A stretch of 64,000 bases of DNA. Origin: an uncultured delta proteobacterium. Lineage in GTDB: Bacteria > Desulfobacterota > WTBG01 > CAIYCZ01. Numbering within the stretch: position 1 is the stretch's first letter; each line of letters begins with the position of its first letter. The notes beneath the pieces are model-generated. The model was not told where the DNA came from. It was given only the letters and a program-made list of their open reading frames with translations, and made no database searches. The stretch covers positions 96,001 through 160,000 of the forward strand of contig CAWDOY010000001.1 of assembly GCA_963803975.1 (NCBI GenBank), written 5' to 3'. The translations under genes and the position numbers were made by a program. This document shows positions 43,152 to 53,564 of the stretch, in pieces.

Positions 43152-44498
43152 ATGAAAGAACGATATGATGTGGTAGTGGTCGGCGCCGGTCCGTCAGGGC
43201 TTCTGGCAGCAAAGGCAGTGGCAGAGAACGGCTTTGATGTGGCAGTGGTTGAGCGCAAGGAAAAGATAGAAGTTATCGGCAGAACCTGCGGCCAGACGCT
43301 GTTGCCCCCCAATGATTATTTTTTCGGCGACCTGTTTCACTATAATGCGCGGGATAAAAGATTCTGCTTTCCCAAAAGCGGCCTCAGCTTTCCCTACAGC
43401 GGCCCGATTAAAAATCTTTATGACTGGTATATGTATTCCCCGGGGATGAAGCGGATGCACTTCGGCTACCCGGAAGGATATACTCCGCCCATACCGGGGA
43501 TGCTCAAGGCGCCCATCGCCCTCACCTATGACAAGGAAGTGCTGACCGCGGACCTGCTGAAGGAAGCACGCAGCGCACGCGCAGAGATATTTGAGAATTG
43601 TGAGTTCACCGATATCACCTGGGCCGGCCCCGAGACCATCGTAATTGCCGGGGGCAAACAGTTTCGCTGCACCTATGTGATTGCCGCCGACGGCACCAAC
43701 TCGCGGGTAGTGCAGAAGCTCGGGTTCAACAATGAGCGGCGGCACATCACCAATCTTTTCGTCAAATCGTTTTTCGTCAGCGGGTTTAAGTCGCCGGTTG
43801 CCGGAGAGCCCATTGTTACGGGTGTCAACATTTTTCAGGGCAAGCCGGTATATCTGTTCGCGGTGCCGCGGCCGGAAGGCGGGGACTGGAACCTGCTCTT
43901 CCTGACGCTTGAGCAGGGGATTGATATTGGCGCTGCGGCAGAACAGATCATGAAAGATTCTCCCTTTGCCCAGTACTGCAAGGGCGCGAAAATCGAGCGT
44001 GAACTGGCCGCCATGGAAGTGATTCAGTCGCCCATTGTGAAGCCGTTCAAGAACAACGTGGTCATTGTCGGCGACGCCGGCTCCTGCCAGGAGCTTGAAT
44101 GCCTGGGCGCGATGATCACCGGGTGGAAGGGCGGCCTTGCCGTGGCCGCTGCCCTGAAAGAGTTTCAGCTTGGCATTGCTCCCCGGGCTATTGCCGACTA
44201 CTGTGACTGGTGGCTCAATACCTACATCAAGCAGTATGACTACCAGGACTACCTGCAGGTGTTCGGCATTGCCTACATGTTCCCGAAGCCTGAGATTATA
44301 GATTATATATTCAGTCTGTTGAACCAGACCTTCCCGCCGACCTTTAACCCGTACACCGCGGTTAAGCATCTCGGCCTTGCCATGCAGATGGCCTTCCCGA
44401 AAATAATGGCTGAGCGGCCGGACATACTGCAGGAGCTGGTGCCGAACATGCTGGCATTTCCGTCCGATGTGCTGGCTAAGACGTTGAAGGACAAATAG
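43152..44498 (+). CDS. NAD(P)/FAD-dependent oxidoreductase, geranylgeranyl-reductase/FixC-like
   Basis: YDVVVVGAGPSG, IAADGTNS, IVGDAG. Confidence 0.88.
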   Translation: MKERYDVVVVGAGPSGLLAAKAVAENGFDVAVVERKEKIEVIGRTCGQTLLPPNDYFFGDLFHYNARDKRFCFPKSGLSFPYSGPIKNLYDWYMYSPGMKRMHFGYPEGYTPPIPGMLKAPIALTYDKEVLTADLLKEARSARAEIFENCEFTDITWAGPETIVIAGGKQFRCTYVIAADGTNSRVVQKLGFNNERRHITNLFVKSFFVSGFKSPVAGEPIVTGVNIFQGKPVYLFAVPRPEGGDWNLLFLTLEQGIDIGAAAEQIMKDSPFAQYCKGAKIERELAAMEVIQSPIVKPFKNNVVIVGDAGSCQELECLGAMITGWKGGLAVAAALKEFQLGIAPRAIADYCDWWLNTYIKQYDYQDYLQVFGIAYMFPKPEIIDYIFSLLNQTFPPTFNPYTAVKHLGLAMQMAFPKIMAERPDILQELVPNMLAFPSDVLAKTLKDK

Positions 44499-44718
44499 CA
44501 GTTTATTGGGGACGCAGATTTTCGCTGATACCGAGCAGATTTATAGAATAGGCCACAGAAGTTTCACAGTTAAGAGGCACAGAATTTTCAGGAAAATATT
44601 GATTCTGTGCTTTTCTGTGTTTTCAGTGGCTAACCTGAAAAGGGCAGAGGTTATCACTGGCTTCTGCCCTTACTTTTTTCTTGAGCCTAACTATCGGATA
44701 TGGTATCACTAATTAGCA

Positions 44719-46050
44719 GTGAGCACACTCACGAAAAGGAAGGATATTCAAGGGCGTATGGTCTGGCCTGAGGTTGGAATCTATGTAGGCGAAGGCGCAT
44801 CACATTCATGGACCTGGTTTGCTGACATCTTTGACCGGAGAGGCATCTACAGCGTCAGATTCTTTGATGAAGCTGCAATAGCAGATGGGGCTTTGGACGC
44901 TATAGACGTGCTTTTTATTTCCGGCGGTGACACGTTTGCCATTGCCGAGGGACTCGGCAGCACGGGGGCTGCACAGCTTGAGGCATTCATTCTCCAGGGC
45001 GGGGTTTACATCGGCTCATGCGCAGGTGCGTATCTGCCGCTCAAGTCATCGCTCTATCCGCTCAATCAGTTCAACCTGGTGACCTCGCGGATAACCAACC
45101 TGACAAAAAACCTTCCTGCGCCTAAACAGATGGCAGAAAAATTCTGCACTGAGTACGGCTGCCGGTATGTATTTCATCCGGTGCGTGAAGAAGTGAGGGT
45201 GAAAATAGCTGGCGGCTTTTCCTGTGCCGGGAAGGAAATGCGCGTGCCGCTCTATGGCGGGCCGGCCATGACCGCATCAGATGATATTGAAGTACTGGCA
45301 TACTATACCGGATTCACGGATAAGACAGAGTTTCTGGTGGACCGGGAAGTAGCTGAACAAACCCTGATCAGGTAACGTCGCCATTGCCCGGAAACGCCTG
45401 GGGCAGGGGGTCATTTATTTATTAGGACCGCATTTTGAGCATCCCCATTATCCGGCAGCCAACAGCATAATTTTTGAAGCCATGCTCGATGGTTATGCGG
45501 AGCCGCGGCTGCAGCCGGAGCAGTGCTGACATTTGCCTGCGATGAACCAGGAATTGCTAACAAGAATTTGATGCGCGCGTTCAAGAGTGAAATAAGCAAC
45601 GGCCGCATTGTCGCCCTGGCTCTGGAGCGAAAGCCGCTCCAGTGGCTTATTGGCAAAAAGGTTTATGATCCTGAAAAAATACGGGTATTTTTGGAAGCGG
45701 TGTGGTCACGGATTTCCGTGATTGACCGGGTGGAATGTATGGCTGAGGAAGAAGGGTATTACCTGCTGCACACCGCTCAAAGCGTGACCACCATGCTGAA
45801 GACATTGAAAAATGAATCCGACGCCGGACATGCGGTGACGGTTGCTGCAGAAGAACTGTTTGCTAAGCTTAAAGCATTAGCAGCGGCATTTTTAACGCTC
45901 TATTTCAGATTGAAAGAGTTCGGGAGTTCAGGAGTTGAGGGGTTCAGGAGTGCTCAGAAGCATCAAAACTGCGCAGCAGAACTCCACACTCCTCAACTCT
46001 CACAACTCATTAACCAGAGGAGGCTACATGAAACACTATCTCTACTTTGA
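44719..46050 (+). CDS. BPL_N / class I glutamine-amidotransferase-like protein (2 frameshifts)
   Basis: IYVGEGAS, ISGGD, GGVYIGSCAGAY nucleophile elbow, YGGP. In the shifted frame after 45370, GPHFEHP (His-x-Glu). Confidence 0.75.
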
Positions 46051-46835
46051 AGCAACAGCGCTGCTCTACATTTTAACGATTCGTCACCTTTATATTTTTC
46101 TTTGCCGGGGTATTTGTGACCATTTCCCTCTGGCGGCGCGGCAAGGCAAAGAGCCTGTATCACAGCGTCAGCACGCCGGCCATCATCAAAGCGTTTATTG
46201 TCAATGTGGTACTGCAGCTGCAGATCATTAAATTCAGCTTCATCCGCTGGGTTATGCACTTCTGCATATTTATCGGGTTCATGGGCCTGCTGGCCCTGAC
46301 AGCATGGGAAGCGTTTCTTGCCGATATCCTGCCGGCAAGTTCCGCCCTGGTGAGAGTATTTTTTAACAACGGCGGCAGGCTGATCCTGGATGTATGGGGT
46401 GAGGTGTTTGGCACGATGCTCCTCGCGGGGCTCATCATTGCGCTCCTGCGGCGCTATGTTTTCAGGGTCGCCCAGCTTGATACCATCCTGAAAGACACGG
46501 TTTCCATAGTTCTGCTGCTCATAATCAGCGTGAGCGGGTTCATCGCCGAGGCATTCAGGCTCATGGCGATACCGGGATCACCTGATCTTATCTACTCGTT
46601 TGTTGGTCTTCTGTTTGCAAAAGTTTTTGCAGCAGCAGGCATCCCGATGCTTAATTATAAACTGTTTGTCTGGCTGCACGGCCTGGCAGCCATGCTGTTC
46701 ATTGCGCTCATTCCGTTCAGCAAAATGTGGCACGCGTTTGCGAGCCCCATTGAAATTATTCTTGATGCATCCGAGAAGCAGGGGAAACATGAAGAAGAAG
46801 TTGCTGCCGCCCACTATTCAGTGTCCCGCAGCTGA
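46028..46835 (+). CDS. HdrE/NarI-like membrane b-type cytochrome (frameshift near 46080)
   Basis: GAGGAGG RBS; about 5 TM helices; RWVMHFCIFIGF, SGFIAEAFR, WLHG...PFSKMWHAF heme-ligand histidines. Confidence 0.85.
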
Positions 46836-46918
46836 TGAAAAAATATTTGTACCACTGAGAGCACAGAGAATTGTGTGCTCTGTGGTTTGTTATTGGCCAG
46901 AGATAAAGGAGTCTACCC

Positions 46919-48251
46919 ATGGAGAACGAGGTAAAAATAGATCAGGAAACACCAGTACGGGAAGTTAAAGTTGAAAACCTGAGTATGCGCCAGCTGCTGG
47001 AGCTTGATGCCTGCACCCGCTGCGGTGAGTGCTCAAACTGGTGCCCGGCCTATGAGCAGGACAAGCGGGAGCCCATCAACCCCCGCGGCAGGGCCTATGA
47101 TTTCAGGAGGCTCATCAGACGGCAGTACGGTTTATTCAGGCCGGACGGCTTTCTGGGAAAGTTATTCGGTAAGAAGCCCATCAGCTGAAGCAGAGATAAA
47201 GAGGATGGCCGCTGACCTGTATGAGTGCAGCACCTGCCGGCAATGCCATTTTGTGTGCCCGGCGAGCATTGATACGGTTGAGCTCTGGGAAGCCATCAGG
47301 CGCTCGTTTGTGGAGGCAGGATACGGGCCGCTGGATTCTCAGAAAGATCTGGTCACCAGCGTAAAATCTTATGATAACCCGTGGCGACAGCCGCGCAGCT
47401 CCCGCGCCCGCTGGACGAGGGTGGCAAAAAAGAAAAAGAGAATTAAGGAAGAGCCGAAAGATCTTGGCAAAAACAAGGCAGAGGTGATCTACTTTGTGGG
47501 CTGCACCGGCTCCTATGATGTGAATGTTGAAGAAGTGGCAATAAATACGGTAAACATTTTAGAGCACTCACAGACTGATTTCGGCATCCTCGGCAACAAG
47601 GAGAAGTGCTGCGGCAGCGTGCTGCTGCGCATGGGCGACCGGGAATCATTTGAAACCATAGCCCAGGAGAACATAAAACAGTTTAATGAACTGGGCATCA
47701 AGACGCTGGTGACCTCCTGTTCCGGCTGTTTCAAAACCATTAAGGAAGACTATGCAAAAGTGGGCGGGATGAATTTTGATATCAAGCACACTGCAGAGTA
47801 CCTGGTTGAGCTGATTAAATCAGGCAAGCTCGAGCTCAAGCATGAAGTGAAGATGAAGGTCACCTACCACGACCCGTGTCATCTGGGCCGGCACAGCGGT
47901 GTGTATGATGCTCCCCGGGAACTGCTGCGGAGCATCCCGGGCATTGAGTTTGTGGAGATGGAGCGCTCCCGCGAATTTTCCCGCTGCTGCGGGGCCGGCG
48001 GCGGGCTCAAGGCAGGGTATCCCGATATCCAGAACAAGATTTCCCAGCAGCGCATCAGTGACGCGATAGCAACCGGAGCAACCGAGCTGGTCTCTGCCTG
48101 CCCGTTCTGCTATCAGGGGCTGCAGGTGGGAATCCAGGCCATGAATGCGCCGATCACCATGCGCGATATCACCGAGCTGGTCTACAGGTCTCTTACCGGA
48201 AAAACCGAGCAAGAGAGACCCGCAGCCGAGGGAGAGGCTGAGGCAGAATAG
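46919..48251 (+). CDS. HdrD-like heterodisulfide reductase Fe-S subunit (2x[4Fe-4S] plus 2 CCG domains; frameshift at ~47185)
   Basis: ELDACTRCGECSNWCP, CSTCRQCHFVCP, IDTVELWE, KCCG...TSCSGC, YHDPCHLGR...RCCGAGGG...SACPFC. Confidence 0.9.
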
Positions 48252-48356
48252 TGATTCATAGCGGGGACTAGAGGAAACCGGAATACTCTTTTTTCGTGAG
48301 TTCTTGATTGATATGTGGACAGAGAAGACCCCTATAGTAACATCATTTTGAATGGT

Positions 48357-49334
48357 ATGTTTAGCAGCAAAAGACAATCTTCCCCACCGTATCGTCACTG
48401 CTTTTTATTAATACTGCTTTGCCTGGTATTACTGTGCACTACCGCATGCTCTCCGTCAAAAAGCGAGGGCATGAAAATCCGCCTTGGCTATCTCCAGAGT
48501 GATCTGCACCATCTGCCTGCTTTTGTTGCCATAGAAAAAGGATATTTTCAGCAGGAAGGATTAGCTGTTGAAGTGATCGGCGCGTTCAGGGCCGGCCCCG
48601 AACTTATGAGCGCTTTTTCCGCACAAGCACTTGATGTCGGGTATGTCGGCCTGGCGCCGGCTATCACGGCAAAGGCCAATAGCACTGCACATATTAAATG
48701 CATTGCCCTGGTAAACACGGAAGGCTCTGCCATCGTAGCAGGGAAAGAGTCGTCCGGTAAGAGCGTGGCTGATTTAAAGGGGAAGGTGGTAACTATTCCC
48801 GGACATGCAACGATGCAGGATTTTCTGCTCAGAAGAGCGCTCAAACAACAGGGAATCGCTGTTAATGAAATTAAATTGCTGGTCCTCAAACCCCCCGAGA
48901 TGATTCCTGCCCTCAGCAGAAAAGATATTGATGCCTTTATTGCATGGGAGCCGTATCCGTCAAAAGCGGTCACTGAGAACGCAGGCAGGATCTTAATGAC
49001 GTCGCATCAGATCTGGGCGCAGCATCCCTGCTGTGTTATTGTTGCGGATGAAGAGTTTTGCGGAAAGCACCCGGAGATGGTGCAAAAGCTGAAAAGCGTT
49101 CACCGACGAGCCGTTGAATTTATAAATGCCAACAGGCCGGAAGCCATAGCTATTGGTGTTAACTATACCGGCATGGATGGTAAAACAGTAGCCGCGGCTC
49201 TGGGCAACATCACCTATGGTGGCGTGCTTGAGCGGCAGTATGTGGCTGAATATGTTGATTTTTTAAGGGAGTTACGTTATATAAGGCCAGACATAGCAAA
49301 GGATTTTTTAATGAGTATCTTGCCTGAACAGTAG
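48357..49334 (+). CDS. ABC transporter substrate-binding lipoprotein, SsuA/NitT/TauA/NMT1 type
   Basis: TAC lipobox, IRLGYLQSDLHH, GYVGLAPA, IAWEPY, HPCCV. Confidence 0.9.
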   Translation: MFSSKRQSSPPYRHCFLLILLCLVLLCTTACSPSKSEGMKIRLGYLQSDLHHLPAFVAIEKGYFQQEGLAVEVIGAFRAGPELMSAFSAQALDVGYVGLAPAITAKANSTAHIKCIALVNTEGSAIVAGKESSGKSVADLKGKVVTIPGHATMQDFLLRRALKQQGIAVNEIKLLVLKPPEMIPALSRKDIDAFIAWEPYPSKAVTENAGRILMTSHQIWAQHPCCVIVADEEFCGKHPEMVQKLKSVHRRAVEFINANRPEAIAIGVNYTGMDGKTVAAALGNITYGGVLERQYVAEYVDFLRELRYIRPDIAKDFLMSILPEQ

Positions 49335-49396
49335 TTTTCCCTCTACGCTGCTCATTAAAAACAAGAGTTACGGGGAATAATACAGCAGCTGCGCGC

Positions 49397-50165
49397 ATGA
49401 ATTATCTTAAAAAGAACAGTAAACTCCTTTTTCCCCTTCTGCTGCTTGTTTTATGGCAGATATTTTCCTCATCCGGGTTATTTCCCTCCGCAGATACTTC
49501 CCTCACCGCTCCAGATTGTGACCGGTATCAAAGAGCTTGTGTTTGCCGGGCTTCCGCCGGGCAACAGCCTGTTGCTCCATTGTTTTGAAAGTCTTCTGCG
49601 TGTTTCAGCGGGCTTTGCTCTAGCGCTTATTATGGGAGTGCCGCTGGGCATTATGGTCGGAAGGTTTAAGCTGCTGAGAAACATGCTGACCCCGGTTATA
49701 GAAACCATTCGCCCGATTCCACCCCTTGCCTGGATCCCGCTCGCCATTCTGTGGTTTGGCATCGGCTTTAAATCAGCGCTGTTTATTATCTTTTTGGGAT
49801 GCTTTTTCCCGATACTGCTGAGCACCATTTCAGGTGTGCTCTCAGTAGACACGATACTCATTGATGCAGCAAAGACCCTGGGAGCAACAGAGAAGAAAAT
49901 ATTCCTTCAGATATTGATCCCTGCTGCCACTCCTTCAATTTTTACCGGCATCCGCATCGGGGTTGGTATTGGCTGGATGACCCTGGTTGCCGCGGAATTT
50001 ACCGGCGTGAAGAGCGGCTATGGCCTGGGATATATGATTATGGTGGCGCGTGATATTCAGCGGCCTGATCTGGTTATCGGCGGTATGGCGGCCATCGGAT
50101 TGATGGGCTATCTGCTTGATGCAGGGCTGCGCATGCTGGAAGCGCGGACGCTGAAATGGAGATAA
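49397..50165 (+). CDS. ABC transporter permease, SsuC/TauC type (frameshift near the 5' end)
   Basis: RPIPPLAWIPLAILWFG, DAAKTLGA (EAA loop), WMTLVAAE. Confidence 0.92.
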
Positions 50166-50252
50166 AGAATCAGCTGACAGCGTTCAGCAATCAGCTGTCA
50201 GGGACATGTTTGCTGAAAGCTGACGGCTGATAGCTACAGTGCTTAAAAAACT

Positions 50253-51017
50253 ATGACCTTAGAGCTGAAAAATCTCTGTAAAACATATACTGACGAATCG
50301 GGCGAAAATACGGTTGCAGCGCTCAGTAATATTACCCTTACCGTGAGGGCAGGGGAGTTCCTCTCTGTTATCGGGCCCAGCGGATGCGGCAAGACCACCA
50401 TGCTGCGGATTATCGCAGGCCTGGAGCAGCCTACTGCGGGTGAAGTATTCATTAATGGTGAGCAGCTGGCAGAGCCCTGGAGCAGGGTCGGCTTTGTTTT
50501 CCAGGAGTATGCGCTGTTTCCGTGGCGCACCGTAAGCGAGAATGTGGAGTTCGGTCTTGAGCTTAAAAATATACCGAAGCAGGAGCGACGGCGCATGGCG
50601 CTTGAATATATTAATCAATTTGGCATGGGGGGCTTCGAAAATAAGTATCCCAAGGAGCTTTCCGGAGGCATGAAACAGCGCGTAGCCATAGCGCGCACGC
50701 TCATTACCAATCCCTCCATTATCCTCATGGATGAGCCGTTCGGGTCCCTTGATTCACAGACCCGCAATGCGCTTCAGGAATTCCTGCGGGACGTGTGGCA
50801 AACATCGCAAAAGACCATTATCTTTATTACGCACAATATCGACGAGGCGGTATTTTTAAGCCACCGGGTAATCGGATTCTCGCGGCGGCCCGGGACTATC
50901 AAGTTTTCCCTCGACATTGATATACCTGCGCCACGCGACCGGACCGGCTCAGAGTTCAACCAATGCCGGAAACAGATTCTTGGTTTTCTGCAGCAGGAGA
51001 GCATGGCAGATAAATAA
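50253..51017 (+). CDS. ABC transporter ATPase, SsuB/TauB type
   Basis: GPSGCGKTT, FQEYALFPW, LSGGMKQR, MDEPF, ITHNIDEA. Confidence 0.95.
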   Translation: MTLELKNLCKTYTDESGENTVAALSNITLTVRAGEFLSVIGPSGCGKTTMLRIIAGLEQPTAGEVFINGEQLAEPWSRVGFVFQEYALFPWRTVSENVEFGLELKNIPKQERRRMALEYINQFGMGGFENKYPKELSGGMKQRVAIARTLITNPSIILMDEPFGSLDSQTRNALQEFLRDVWQTSQKTIIFITHNIDEAVFLSHRVIGFSRRPGTIKFSLDIDIPAPRDRTGSEFNQCRKQILGFLQQESMADK

Positions 51018-51078
51018 ACAGACTGCAGCGATTAGCGGTCAGTTTTCAGCTTTGAATAATTTATGGAAATAATATTTC

Positions 51079-51756
51079 ATGGAAGAATTATTTTCTAAAG
51101 CTCTTGCAAAAATTGAGGAGAAATTCACGCTCACCCCTGTTGAGCTTCCGCATGATTTGAAAGAAACCCGCTTTCCCCTGGGGCTTCTGGAAATGCAGTG
51201 CTTCAACTGGAAGGCCGGGGGAATTCGAAAAATATATGCCATGCGGCTGAAGATCAAGGTGCCCTCACTTGATATCCTGGGAATGGCAATCTATCCGGAG
51301 CCTGATGTTGATGTTCCCATATTTTGTTTTGATCTCTCCTGTGCCAGGAAAAAAATCGTGACGTATATAAATGCTATCCCGCTGTTGCAGGATGAAGCAT
51401 TTACAAAAAAGTATCTTGACCCTTTCAAGCCGGCCCATGATGCATACCGCAGTTTCCCGCCGCACAAGAAGCCTGAATGGATGCTTCGCTATACATCGCC
51501 CTATACTATTTACTCAATGCCTGAGCTTGAACGGGCACGGGACATCAAGGCTTGTGTGCTTGATTATTTAGCAGTGTACCTGGATATCATTGCCGGTGCG
51601 CCCAGGATAGACAATCCCCAATACCGGATGCGCATTGAGCAGGAACAAAAAAACTACATAAACGAATTGCTGACAAAAGATAATTCGCAGAAAATGCTGG
51701 CAAAACTGCTGGGAAAGGAAAAGACCGGCAGGATCTTTCACGAAGTGCTGGTATAA
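51079..51756 (+). CDS. Ferredoxin-dependent bilin reductase (PcyA/PebA/RCCR)-fold protein
   Basis: IRKIY...LDILGMAIYPEPDVDVPIFCFDL, PEW...SPY, Q..Y......D....ML...LG......IFHEVL. By eye these match PcyA motifs (LDILHCVMFPEP...PLFGCDI). Confidence 0.75.
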   Translation: MEELFSKALAKIEEKFTLTPVELPHDLKETRFPLGLLEMQCFNWKAGGIRKIYAMRLKIKVPSLDILGMAIYPEPDVDVPIFCFDLSCARKKIVTYINAIPLLQDEAFTKKYLDPFKPAHDAYRSFPPHKKPEWMLRYTSPYTIYSMPELERARDIKACVLDYLAVYLDIIAGAPRIDNPQYRMRIEQEQKNYINELLTKDNSQKMLAKLLGKEKTGRIFHEVLV

Positions 51757-51763
51757 TGTGCAT

Positions 51764-52832
51764 ATGGACATAAGAACAATACAGGTTGAACTGCAGAGCC
51801 TTGGACTCAGGGTTCCGGACAGCTGCCCCGGCAGAAAAGGCGGGGCAGGGCCTGCTGAAGGCCAGGTGATCATCCTGGCCGGCCGCGCCATCAGCGTCCC
51901 CACGCAGAGCGCCTATGTCGCCGCATCACCCTATGCATTACAGCAGCGGGGCAGCTCTTTCATGCTGTTTAAAGAGACCCGTGAAATAGGGGAGGTCATA
52001 CTGCCCGCACGGCCGCGCTATTATGACCTGCAAACAGCTAACGGGGTTACCTTTGACACGGATTGCCCTGACCCATGGCATAGAGTGCCTGGCATCAACC
52101 GTGTACCAGGACTGTGTCTACTGGAAGACTGCGGACGGCTGCACTTTCTGCGGCATCGGGCTTTCTCTTGCCGGCAACAGCACGGTTCTTGAAAAAGAGC
52201 CGGAAGATATCGGCCTGGTTGCAGAAAACGCCGCGCGTCTTGACGGCGTCACTCACGTGACCCTTACTACCGGCATGCGGGTAAGTGAAAAGACGGTCAT
52301 TCATCATCTCTCCGGCTGTGTAAGGGCGATTAAACAAAGAACCAGTCTGCCGGTGCATGTTCAGATATGCCCTCCCGGGGACCTTAAAGACCTTGAAGCC
52401 CTCAAGCAGGCAGGCGTTGATACCATCGGTATCCATATTGAGACGTTTGATGCTGCGGCGCTCAAGCGGGTGGCTCCGGCAAAAGCTGCGTGTGGACTTG
52501 AGCCGTATATAAAAACATGGAAACATGCTGTTACGGTGTTTGAGAAAAACCAGGTCAGCAGTTTTCTTATAGCAGGGCTTGGCGAAGAGCCTTCAAGCAT
52601 TCTCGCGGGCGCAGAGCTGCTCTGTAAGCTGGGAGTGTTTCCGTATCTTCTGCCGCTGCGTCCCATCCCGGGAACAGCGCTGGCAGAAACAAGACCACCA
52701 GCTCCTGAGACAATGCAATACCTGTATGAGCAGGTAGGGGCTATGCTCCAGAACTACGGGCTGTCTTCAAAGGCATGCACGGCAGGTTGTGTGAGGTGCG
52801 GGGCATGTTCGGCGCTTGCGCTGTTTGAGTAG
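51764..52832 (+). CDS. Radical SAM protein, MSMEG_0568/NitD family (frameshift at ~52050)
   Basis: ELQSLGLR...GRKGGAGP, LASTVYQDCVYWKTADGCTFCGI, HVTLTTG, C-terminal AGCVRCGACSAL. Confidence 0.88.
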
Positions 52833-53010
52833 CTAAGTCCTCGATTCATAAATTCGGTGACGAATTTACTCACTCAGGACTTAGTGCTGAGTCAGCATTG
52901 TAAAGCTTTTATTTGGATCACATACGTCACTGTATTTGCGAATCGAAGCACTAAGGGGTTGGGGTTTGGGGGTTCGGGATTAGTGGTTCACGGGACTAAG
53001 CGGCTTTTAT

Positions 53011-53457
53011 ATGATGCTTGAAATAGAATGCAGGCCGGTTCAGAATAACGACGAACTGCGCGAGAGCTTTGCTCTCCGCAAAAAAGTTTTTGTTGAAGAG
53101 CAGCAGCTGTTCAGACGGACTGACCGTGACCGGCATGATAAGCAGGCCATTCATATTGTTGCCCTGTGCCATAATAATGTTGTCGGCACGGTGCGGGTGC
53201 ATCACCAGAAAGCCGGCATCTGGTTTGGCAGCAGGCTGGCAGTGTTACAACAGTTCCGCGGCAGGGCAGGGAAATTGCTCATACAGAAAGCGGTGCACGT
53301 GGTAAAAGAGAAAGGGGCACAGCAGTTTCGTGCGCATATTCTGCTGAGAAATGTTCCTTTATTTAAGAGGCTCGGGTGGGTGACGGCAGGGCATGTTTTT
53401 ACCTACCGCGGCCAGCCTCACCAGATGATGGAAGCTAATCTTGACCACAAACAGTGA
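53011..53457 (+). CDS. GNAT N-acetyltransferase, MSMEG_0567 N-terminal/NitE family
   Basis: LRKKVFVEEQQLF..TDRD.HD, VGTVR, WFGSRLAV, FRAHI...NVPLFKRLGW, G.PH..M.A.L. Confidence 0.88.
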   Translation: MMLEIECRPVQNNDELRESFALRKKVFVEEQQLFRRTDRDRHDKQAIHIVALCHNNVVGTVRVHHQKAGIWFGSRLAVLQQFRGRAGKLLIQKAVHVVKEKGAQQFRAHILLRNVPLFKRLGWVTAGHVFTYRGQPHQMMEANLDHKQ

Positions 53458-53564
53458 ACGGTCGTCAATGAATAGTCAGGTTACAATCTTGAATATGTAG
53501 CTGCTGAGGGTTATTGTAACTATTCACCATTCACTATTCACTAATACGGCAGGCGAGGACTCTT

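Noticed and set aside
43194..44369. 391-aa antisense ORF
   Set aside because: It is a shadow of the GC-rich flavoprotein gene on the + strand and has no motifs. The same applies to 7554-8273, 30216-30776 and other antisense ORFs.
47186..47188. TGA in the HdrD-like gene as selenocysteine
   Set aside because: It is not at a Cys position, and the downstream protein continues in another frame.
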